Source: Vulcanimicrobiota bacterium
Lineage (GTDB): Bacteria > Vulcanimicrobiota > Vulcanimicrobiia > Vulcanimicrobiales > Vulcanimicrobiaceae
DNA: 64,000 bases
Assembly: GCA_963714015.1 (NCBI GenBank)
Contig: OY970223.1
Coordinates: 416,001-480,000, forward strand
Direction of reading: 5' to 3'
Shown: positions 10,659 to 20,406 of the stretch, in pieces
Numbering within the stretch: position 1 is the stretch's first letter
Layout: every line of letters starts with the position of its first letter
Translations under genes and position numbers: made by a program
Notes under the pieces: model-generated
Told to the model about the DNA's origin: nothing
What the model saw: only the letters and a program-made list of their open reading frames with translations
Databases searched by the model: none

Positions 10659-11417
10659 TCAGGCGCTCTGTCCCGTCGCCGCCAGCCACGCAGCATAACT
10701 CTCGTCATAATAGTCTTGCTGCGCTTGGTCTACTATCACATGTGCGAGAATGCGGCCCGAGTCGAACCCCGCACTGCGTGTATCATTGACCACGCCGTGC
10801 GCAATATATTCGTTCGGGCATTGATACACTTCAAAAAGCGACCGTGCTCCATTGGCTCGCAGAATGTCCGTCGATATAGTGTAGAACGCCGCACCATCGT
10901 ATTCTATGCTCCGAACCATGGCAGGGTTAGTCCGAAGTCGATCGACGATCCGGATAGGCTCTGGTGCTGCGATACACGCTACGTACACCGGCGGGCTTTC
11001 CCGAGAGTTCAAAAATATCGCCTGCACGCAAAAGTAAGGCCGGATATTTCGTTCGCCATCCAACTCAACATAGTACCGTCGCAATCGTTCGAACTCGACA
11101 TTGCTGTTATTCCCCCTTCGGTACCGCAGCGAAAAGCCTGTATAGACATGCCACTCGTTACCCGTGCCGAAGGGTTGAGGCCTCGCCACTAACGTGCGAC
11201 TTGCAATGCCAATCAGGCCGCCGTGCTTCTCAACTTGAATCGCATCGATTCCGCATTTGTCTAGGTACTCTGCGAGCTCGTCTTGTCGGCCTTCAACCAT
11301 GAGCACTTCACGCCCAAGGTGGCTGCGCAAAATAGGCCACACGTGCTGGCGGAATGCGACAGCGGACTCGGCCTTGTCTCGCTCTAATCTATTTGAGGAA
11401 TCGTCCTGGGCTGGCAT
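10659..11417 (-). CDS. Hypothetical protein, putative restriction-endonuclease-fold nuclease
   Basis: GGAG RBS before MPAQDD; VEG...LDKCGIDAIQ...GIASR...FSLR..R...VE pattern of acidic/basic residues; fold is an inference. Confidence 0.5.
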   Translation of the reverse strand: MPAQDDSSNRLERDKAESAVAFRQHVWPILRSHLGREVLMVEGRQDELAEYLDKCGIDAIQVEKHGGLIGIASRTLVARPQPFGTGNEWHVYTGFSLRYRRGNNSNVEFERLRRYYVELDGERNIRPYFCVQAIFLNSRESPPVYVACIAAPEPIRIVDRLRTNPAMVRSIEYDGAAFYTISTDILRANGARSLFEVYQCPNEYIAHGVVNDTRSAGFDSGRILAHVIVDQAQQDYYDESYAAWLAATGQSA

Positions 11418-11509
11418 CTGGTACTCCGATCTACGTTGGTTTTTGTTTACGACGCAATCTACTTCACGCACATCCACGATGCCCATGCTATTGAGGTACA
11501 GCCTAGATG

Positions 11510-12481
11510 TCACACCGGAATGCGATCGGCACCAATGTAAGTCTGTGGCCACGACATGGTCGCCGCTTCCGAGTTGTATTGGAACTGATGCGAGGGTGTG
11601 ATTGAACCTTCCCATTCATCAATTTCTTCCCACCGCGCGACACTAAGTAGGTGCGATTCAAAAACCTGCACCGGAGTAGCCGGACCATTTCGTCGCCATC
11701 GGAGCACGGGATAGCCATCTGGTTGCTCGACTTGGCCGAAAAGTCAGGCCTTCAAATACGGGGGCGCCGAGGTCCGCGACGCGATCGTGATGCGCACCAT
11801 CAGTGCGCAGCGATCCGTAGACCGCAAGGCGGGTAGTTGGCATATTGAGGAGCGAATTGAAAAAGATCACGCAATACAGGTGCCGCGAGCTGGCACAACT
11901 TCAAGATCGCGGCGAGGCTTCGTACCATCATATCCGAACTCGGATTTACCCGGATGGCTCAGGTTGTTCCGAACAAGATATAACAAAGCCGCGAGGCGAC
12001 GCATGGCCATTCGAAGATTGTTTTCGGCGCCGGTTTTCAAAGCCGTGTTGCGCGCGGCGACGAATCCACGGTGCAGTGAGCGAGCCTGCTCAAATACATC
12101 GGCGGCAAGCTGCTCTTTTGGAACACCAAGATTGTGCATCATTCGCGCCACATACGCTTCGTTGTAGATCGGCGGTTGCAATGCAGCGAGAGCGTCGACG
12201 TTCTTGCTCGCTAATATGTGCTGCAGCATCGGTTTTGAGAGACCGTCCCCGCTATAATAACGGATGGTCTGGCCTTCCCTTACATTCCCTCCGACGTCAA
12301 CGAAGTCGCCAGATAAACCACCAAAACGGGCATACACGTATCCCTTCGCGAATGCGGCAAACGCCGTTGCGAGATCGCGATATTCGTGGCGCGTGTCGCG
12401 ATCGTTCCAGGCGAGGCTAAATGCTTCAAGCCCAAGTACTAAATCCGAAAGCGCGACCGCATTCGTGTCCCACCAGGTCAC
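11510..12481 (-). CDS. HEPN-domain protein fused (or tightly coupled) to a gamma-glutamylcyclotransferase/AIG2-like domain; several indels
   Basis: Strong RBS GGAGGAGG; LYLVRNNLSHPGK (Rx4H); then RLAVYGSLR..G.HH, DGYPVLRW, WEEIDEWEG typical of the GGCT fold. Confidence 0.65.
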
Positions 12482-12857
12482 GTACTCCTCCTCCCAGAGC
12501 CAAGTTCGCTATCGTATCACGCTTGTCAAGTCCGGTCTGGGACGTGAACCGCCCCACGTTCTGAACGGCATGGTCGTTACCTACGCGACCGCTGTTCGAT
12601 TGCGCGCCTCGATTCTTCAGCCAGGCTCGCCAAAAGCGCGTCCGAATACGGCTTGCTGTGAGCGAGCAGCACATAGGTGGCAATACGCGTTCCCGTTCTG
12701 ATCGCCGTGAAGTGGGAAGCCGCCGACTCGGTCTGAAGGAGCCAGCCTTCCGCACTCGGCGCATGATGTGACGTCATACCGATCATTGCTGCCATCATGC
12801 GCGCACGGAAGCATGCTGCGCCGCACTTCATGATGATCGTTCTGTTCGTTAGTGTAA

Positions 12858-13368
12858 TCACCCATGGATTGTAATCTCGATTGCGCTGGGGTCGACTCCA
12901 TACGTCATGGACAATCCTTGTTTTGCGGTGGCGATTGTCAAGGGTACAAACTCGCGGGGTCACCGAGGAGTGGTCGACGACCTGGACTTCGACCGGTTCA
13001 AACTTCAGCGCCGTTACCTCAATACCGAGGTCGGATAGGGAAGTGTACCATACTGGATTTCGCTGCGCGTTCCACGCCTGCGGTACCGAGATACGCGCGA
13101 CAGAAGTGAAGCGAATTATCGAGCGTCCTACCGGCTCGGGCGCCGCCGCCGGCTCTATCGACGCAATCGGCGCCACGAGGAAAGCCTCCCCGTGATCGTA
13201 TGGCTCGTTCGCGGAGGCGAATTCCCCCTGGGCATTCCAGATGCACACAAGGTAGCGACAGCGACGCGCCGATGATCCAATCTTCCACGCCTGAGAACCA
13301 CCATCGCGCAGCATACGTTCAATGTTGCGGCTCGTCAGGACCGCAATGCATGAGTCCGCGTCCTTCAC
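12858..13368 (-). CDS. Hypothetical protein, PUA/EVE-like (frameshift at ~12945)
   Basis: GGSQAWK..ARRCRYLVC.WN...HGEAFL...RNPVWY; alternative frame gives LTIATAKQGLSMTYGVDPSAIEITIHG* ending at 12858. Confidence 0.55.
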
Positions 13369-13590
13369 ATAAATATTATATCGATTTTATATGACTATTT
13401 CAACCCTCCGAGGCAAATATCGATTCACGTCCTTAATAGCGCGAGAATCCGGATGTATTCTGCGGAGCGAACCCGACCGATCTCCACAATGCCATACTGT
13501 TAGCATCACACCAAATTATGCTTAGCCGCGAACGCACCGCGAAGATCGCCTAGAAGGATCTTTTTGTGACAGGCATATTTAACACGTGCA

Positions 13591-14543
13591 ATGCTGGCAA
13601 GAAAGTCTAGCCCTAAAATCCCCGTAACCGATACGCTGCCTCGAAGAGTCCCAGGAGGATCTTCTATGGCACGGCGATGTCGAGGCTTTGCTCGACGACC
13701 TTCCCGAAGCACCGCTCTTCGATCTCATCGTGAGTTCGCCGCCCTATAACATCGGAAAGGCTTACGAATGGAGGGCGGATATGGCGAAATACCAAGAATG
13801 GCAGGAGCGGGTGCTGCGCAAGATGGTCCAGCGCCTATCACCGAGTGGCAGTTTGTGCTGGCAAGTCGGGAATTACGTTGCCGATAACGAGATATTGCCG
13901 CTTGATATTCTCTTTCACCCGATTATGAAAAGCCTCGGCTTAAGACTGCGAAATCGAATCATCTGGACTTTCGGACACGGATTGCACACAAGGCGAAGGT
14001 TCAGCGGCCGTTACGAAGTCATTTTGTGGTACACGAGGAGCGACGAATACGAATTTGACCTCGACGCGGTCCGCGTGCCAGCGAAATACCCGGGTAAGAG
14101 ATCTTTTCGCGGCCCGCGCCAGGGCATGCCCTCGGGAAACCCCCTCGGCAAAAATCCGGAGGATGTATGGGAGTTTCCGTTCACAGAAATTGACGATGTC
14201 TGGCGGAACATTCCTAACGTCAAATCAAATCACATCGAAAAAACCGACCACCCATGTCAGTTTCCGGTTGGCCTAATTGAGGAGGCTGATTTTTGCGCTC
14301 ACTAAACCAGGAGCGCTCGTCTTCGATCCGTTCGCCGGCGTTGGATCGGCGGGCGTTGCTGCGTTGCTGCACAACCGGCACTTCTGGGGTTGCGAGATCG
14401 ATGCGAAATACATTGCGATCGCGCGCGAGCGGCTTGAAGGCGCCGCAGCAGGTCTCGCTTCCTATCGGCCGCACACAAAGCCACTATACGATCACACCAA
14501 GTCGCGACTGGCGCTAGTCCCACCGGAATGGGATTCGGAGTGA
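13591..14543 (+). CDS. Site-specific DNA methyltransferase (N4C/N6A, beta class; frameshifted)
   Basis: DLIVSSPPYNIGK catalytic motif, LRNRIIW, HPCQFP, VFDPFAGVGS SAM motif (14277-14543 frame); probable ATG at 13591. Confidence 0.9.
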
Positions 14544-15009
14544 ACTTTCTGCTGTACGACCATCGCGGCGGAGCAGCGGTATTGAATCGATCTTGCGTTG
14601 AATCGGTGAAAAGCGTTATAAACGGCGTGGCGCTCACGAAAAGAGAGCGGACAACTCAGAGAGTGCGGGCCCGAATCCTTGAAGGGCTGCATCACGCGGG
14701 TTGGTCGGATGAAACGAAACTAGACCCTGGGCTCGGCTATTACAGTGACGAGTGTTCGAAACTCCGTCGGACTTGTGTTTTCAGACGGGCAACACAAGCA
14801 GAATGTACGCAGACCTGTTGAAATTGCAGTTGCTCTTCAGCCGCAAGAAAATTGCTGGCGCAATTCTGTTGCTGTACTCGAAAGTTTCTGCACGCGAATT
14901 AGGCGAAAACCTTGCACACTTCGACAGATTGACGAGAGAGCTCGAACTTTTCAAGGAGATAATAACCGTGCCGGCACTTGTTTTTGGCCTGGAAGTAATT
15001 GAATCATGA
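14540..15009 (+). CDS. BglII/BstYI-like type II restriction endonuclease (frameshifted)
   Basis: GTGA overlap with MTase stop; GWS.E, GLCFQTGNTSRMYADLLKLQ, GENLAHFDRLTREL, IITVPALVFGLE. Confidence 0.7.
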
Positions 15010-16261
15010 AGCTCGGCTGGGAAAAACCACGACGCTTGACGACGCTTCAGGAGTGGAGCACGCAACCAGCGGCTACCACGTATCCGGTGCCATTCCAAGG
15101 TACACTACAGCATCTACCTATCAGAACCGCATCGATCGAGATGCCCAAGTACCGGTTAGACAACGGCAGAACTGAGGCGGCGCATCTCAATACCTCGCAA
15201 TGCATCCCGAATTTGATCCCGATATCTTCACAAAGGATCTCGAATCTGAAGCCCGCACAGAACGCACAACACGAAATACTCTCCACACTCATCAACGAAA
15301 AGGACCTACTTCCCTGACTTTCGGGATCACGAGCAAGAAGAACCCCTCATCCTGACGCATGACGGTTTCGTACTGAACGGCAACCGGCGGCTCTGTGTTT
15401 TTAGGACCTTATTTTACGACTCGCCGAAGACGTACCCCAACTTCGCAAATGTTTCTGTTGTGGTTTTGCCATACGGTGACGAAAAGGACCACGACCGCCT
15501 CGAGTCCCGGCTGCAACGCGAGCGCGATCTCCGCGCCGACTATCCGTGGTACTCCGATGCAGTCAAGTATCGAAAACGGTTAAGGAAATTCGGCGATGCC
15601 GAAGTCGCCGCAATGGAAGATGTTAGCAAGGAACACATCATCAAGTACATTTCGATGCTTGACCTTGCGGAAAAATACCTAGAATATCGGGGCGCTCGGC
15701 TTCGATACGCGCTATTGAGTGAAGCCAAGGCTGGAGGAGGCGATGGCTTCTTTGCGTTTGAAGTGATTTTCAAGAACCGCACCAAATTTAAAGATGCGGC
15801 GGAGAAAGAGGCCTTCATCTACGCCTGCTTTGCGGAGCTCCAAACGAAAAGGTAGAGCGTATGAAACAATTCCTAAAATCGCTGAGTACTTCGCGTACGT
15901 CACAAAAGAGATACCAGCCCCTACACATGCGACCGAAGGTGGTGCCAATGCCGTTGACGAGTTCTTCGGAAAAGACAAGAACAATGAATTCGCACCCGTG
16001 GCCGAATATGCGACGAAATTCGAGCACGCGGAAGCGCTTCGCGCAATTGCGCAAGAGGTCGTCGAAGAACGGGAGCGGATAAAGAGCGATACCAAAAAGC
16101 AAAACTTTGTGTATCAGCAGGTCAAAAAGGCCACCACCATCCTGAAGGAGGCATTTAACGGCATTCGCGACGGGTCGAGCCAGGCTGGAGTGAACGAGCA
16201 ACTCGCTGAAGCACAAGAATATATCGAGAGACTGCGGGAGTGGGCGACACCAAAAGCCTAG
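15006..16261 (+). CDS. ParB/Srx-like N-terminal domain protein (frameshifted)
   Basis: ATGA overlap with REase; KYRLDNGRT, QEEPLILTHDGFVLNGNRRL, acidic helical C-terminus; pieces 15006-15317, 15460-15855, 15794-16261. Confidence 0.7.
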
Positions 16262-18030
16262 TTCGCGCCGCGTATCTGTCGAGAAGCGCGCGCGTGAAGT
16301 TGAGTCGCGACGCACCATCCACAGCGTGGATGGCTATTTGGGATAAACGCCACGAGCTTTCGGACGACGTGCACGATGAGAGCCTCACCGAGATTTCGAT
16401 CCCGGTTTGGCTGCTGTTCGGTCTCGGCTCGACCTTTCGGCATTACGCGCGCGTCGGTCGCTTGGCATTTGAACCTGACAGTGGGACCGCAACCATACTC
16501 AGAAACGGCTTAGCAAGCCGTCAAGAGCGCTGGAGCGGGCTGCTCCAATTGAGTTGACCGCCACCGAGGTGCAAGAACAACTGCGCGCCGCCGGTTTCAT
16601 CAGAACTCTGACACCTGAGCAGGCACGCAACGTCGCGCGGCTACAACGTTATTCGGCCGGCGCGGATTTTTCGGTTCCCGGCGCCGGCAAGACAACCGAT
16701 GCCTTGGCGTTCTTCGCGCTAAAACGCAGGGCCAGGGAAGGTCTCGTCGTCATTTCGCCTCTGAACGCGTTTGCTCCATGGGAAGAACAAATCCAATTTT
16801 GCTTTGGTGTCGGCAAATTGCGCACCGTACGCCTCGTTGGAAGCGTCCAGCATATCCAAGAACTGCTTAATTACGAACCAGACGTCGCGCTGATCGATTA
16901 CCATAAGTTTTCGCAAGCCGCGGTTCACAGTGTCCTTGCAGATTACATTGCTGCGAAGCGAACGTTCGTCTTCCTCGACGAGAGTCATAAAATAAAGCGG
17001 GGTGAGGATGGTGCCTGGGGAAACGTGGTGCTCAGCATTGCGCACCTGCCCACGTACAAGCTTGTCTTATCTGGCACGCCGCTACCGAATTCGGAAGCCG
17101 ATCTTGTGGCGCAGATGCGCTTCCTCCACTATGAAGAAGATATCGACGAGCAAAACGTAACGCAGCTGATTCAGCCAATTTTCGTCCGTACGACCAAAGA
17201 CGAACTTGGGCTTCCGGAGGTTATCCGGCGGGCTGTTCCGGTCGCGCTCAGACCCGGCCAACGGAATCTGTACGAGATTCTCTCAACATCGCTTTCCCAA
17301 GAAATACAGATGGCATTGAGCCGGCGTGAGCGCGTCTCTGTTCGTCAGAGTCGGCAAAAGCGTCCTCAGGCTACTCAAGTTTGTTTCCAATCCGGCATTG
17401 CTGATTGCGGAACTTCAAGCGCAGCAAGCTGCGGCGCTACGTGACGTTCTCCTCAGTGAGGATTCGCGAAAAATCGAGTACGCCGTAACCCGTGCGAGAG
17501 AGCTCGCCGCCAACGGCCGCAAATGCATAATTTGGTCTTCATTCATAGACAATGTCGAAGTCATAGCCGGAAGGCTGTCCGATTTGGGTGCCGAGTACAT
17601 ACACGGTGACGTTAGCGTAGGTTCAGAAGAGGACGACACTCGCGAACGACGGATCAAACAATTTCATGAAGACGATGACCGCTTTGTTCTGGTAGCAAAC
17701 CCAGTGCGGCTGGGGAAGCGATCAGTTTGATACGGTCTGCCACAACGCGATTTACGTTGATCGCACGTACAACGCTGCACAGTTCTTGCAGTCCGAAGAA
17801 CGAATCCATCGTGTCGGTTTGTCAAAGGATACCGTTACCGAGGTCGAGATACTTGTTGCGCCGAGAACGATTGACGAGTCTGTGAACCGGCGGTTGATCC
17901 AAAAGGTAGCGACCATGAGCCGTGTGCTAAATGATCCGGCTCTGCACATTGACCCTGAATATGAGGATTCCGGATGATGACGAGGACGTTGCCGTCGACG
18001 ATCTACGAGATTTTCTACAGGACGTGAGCA
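16240..18030 (+). CDS. SNF2-like (SF2) helicase/ATPase (frameshifted)
   Basis: FSVPGAGKT (I), FLDESHKIK (II), LSGTPLPN (III), KCIIWSSF, VLVANP, FLQSEERIHRVG (VI). Confidence 0.85.
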
Positions 18031-18043
18031 CGGAAGCGGCATC

Positions 18044-18955
18044 ATGAACCTTTCCGTGGGTGTGTTGTACGATTGCCAGAAATTCATCGAACTGTGCGAA
18101 TCACGGGCATTTGCACTCAATGACGTTAGGCAGGCCTTCCAGCACCGTTATGAGGCAGCCCGATAGGTGCAGTGCTCGATATGATCCGGGCCACAAATTG
18201 GATACCACTTTGAGGATGACGGTCTACTACGCCTCACCGAACGAGGACGGCGCATATTGCACTGCCGGATGCGGTCGCGGCTCTGCGGCTGCAGCTTATG
18301 GATTTCATTGAGCAGATTGTTAAGCCGACGTGGGCGAGCTTGATCCCACGCGGCCGAAGGGAGACATTGGCGTATCTTCCCGTAGATGTGCGTCAGTGCT
18401 TCAACGAGGCGTACCTGAGTTCCGGATACGACGAACAGGTTGTTGCCTTTTGGGATCGCGCGGCAAATTTATCACGCGGACGCACTGACGACATTCTGTT
18501 GCAGATCGGACGTGAGGGCGAGCGGCTCAGTATCGCGTACGAAACTGAACGTACTGGCCGTGTCCCGGGGTGAAGGCGATCGATTCAAACGTCGCTGGCT
18601 ATGACCTACTCTCGACGGTCGCCCGTGAGGACTCGACCCGCTGAAAATTGAGGTAAAGGCCGTAAAGCGTGTCGATGAACAAGCCTTTTACCTGACCCGC
18701 AACGAGTGGTCGTGCGCCACTGGCCACGGCAAATATGTGCTTCACCTTTGGCTTCTGGGAAAAGTGCCAACGCTCGTCATCAAGTTACCTGACGAGATCG
18801 CGGAACATGTGCCCATAGACAGCGGCTGCGGGCTGTGGCGATCAGTTAAGATTTTGACGTTCGAGGGCGGCGCGACACAGATTAGGCTGACAAAATCGGA
18901 TCGAATTATTGATACGCGCGACGCAAAAAGTGCCGGCTACTTTACTGACTCCTAG
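18044..18955 (+). CDS. DUF3883 (NO VEIN C-terminal) PD-(D/E)xK nuclease-domain protein (frameshifted)
   Basis: MNLSVGVLYD start; IGREGERLSIAYE, AGYDLLS, KIEVKA, FYLTRNEW, YVLHLW. Confidence 0.75.
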
Positions 18956-19197
18956 GAAGAATCCACGCCACCTATTTTTTCCAGGCTGGATTTAACTGTT
19001 GGAAAGATCTGCCGAGCGTTTTGGGACTCGCGCAAGTCACTGGCGCATTCCGACCCATGGCCATAAGACTCCAGGAATGCGTCGATCTCGTCGGCGGGCC
19101 CAAACGTCACCGTATTTATGATGTTGCCAGCGTTTACGCAGTCAGGAACTTCGCAGATGACGGTAAGCGTGATGTCGCCGACGGACTTAAGCGCCAT
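18952..19197 (-). CDS. Small hypothetical protein
   Basis: Purine-rich RBS-like sequence upstream, ATG, 81 aa; no recognised motif. Confidence 0.35.
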   Translation of the reverse strand: MALKSVGDITLTVICEVPDCVNAGNIINTVTFGPADEIDAFLESYGHGSECASDLRESQNARQIFPTVKSSLEKIGGVDSS

Positions 19198-19420
19198 GAT
19201 GTTTTTAGCCGCCCTCTTTCAGTCGTTCTTTGCTCGTGTCCCCATCCTGCCCGACGAGTCCGCCAATGGGTTGCGCTAGTTCCAGCCCGAGGTTCACAAA
19301 CTTAGCGCGGGTAACTCCAGTCATCGGGAGGCGCGTCTAAGCCGCGCGGCACTTTATGATGTCGCCGATAGACCGCCTCCGGGTTGAAAAACATCTGGAA
19401 GAAGTCCCGAAGGCCTGCGA

Positions 19421-20308
19421 GTGCTGGAATACCATAGTGCTATGTTACCGCCAAGTGACGCGATTGTTCCTCGTGATCTGCGCCGTCCGAGCCGCCTAGT
19501 CGGTCGGCCTCGCGTTCATGGCTGCCTTCGCGCCCCGCATTACGATTACGATTGCACCGACGTTCGATGCTTGAAGACGCGAGTATGCGAACGTATACGG
19601 CAATCTACGTATACCTTCGTAGATTTTCGTAGGCTCCGCAAATTTTTAGAGTCTTTCCCCGGTTCGCCGCCGGCTGGCAGGGTCGGACACCCGCAGACGT
19701 TGGCGCGCCCAGCTGCCGCAGCCAGGCGGCCGCACCCCGGCGGGCTGGTAGGCCTTTGGGCACTGGCCCCTGGGACGGCGCATATGCCGCGGCATATTCA
19801 CCGTGGTCATAATGCCGCGGCATAACGGACAATCTCCTCCGGTGGGAACCCCGAACCAAATCCGCGCTGGCTGCCCATGGCCATCCAGGAGCGACGCCAG
19901 TCCCTGGGCGCACGTGCCACCCGAGAAGAGATCGCGCATAAGGCGCACCTGAACTTACGGCATTTGCGTGCAGCGGTATCATGCGGCAGTTGCAGAAGTG
20001 ATGAGGACTAAGCGAATCGTTGTGCGCGGCTATAGCGGTTCTGATCCGCATATCAACGCATGGCTATATGAAAGCGCCAGACTTCACGGCGAATCGTTTT
20101 GCATGGCGTATGTCACAAAGCAGGAGAATTTCAGTCCTGTAATCGCCACACGCGAAATGGAATTCATTCAAGGTGTAACCCGGTTACGGAGCACCATCAC
20201 GAATTGCTGGGCATGTGCGCTACATCGGCAGCAACGTCGCTGGAACTGGCGTAGGCCTACCGCTAGACGATGAGGCGCAGGCAAAACTCCTGCATTTCGT
20301 ACTTAGTT
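19421..20308 (+). pseudogene. Possible SIR2-like domain gene remnant
   Basis: IVVRGYSGSDPHINAWL resembles the SIR2_2 GYSxxDxHI motif; no continuous ORF; N-terminal motifs not recognised. Confidence 0.4.
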
Positions 20309-20406
20309 AACGTCACAAGAACAGAGTTGGCTCTGCCACAAGCGGCTAACCGCGGTCCTTATCCGTCGGGCATATCCGTGGCCCTATCGGTGGAGTCACG
20401 CACGCA

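Noticed and set aside
11418..11615. N-terminal extension of the 318-aa ORF 10659-11615
   Set aside because: Overlaps the GGCT-like C-terminus; a better RBS and ATG lie at 11417
12577..12857. C-terminal extension of ORF 12577-13368
   Set aside because: Result of a frameshift; the plausible C-terminus ends at 12858
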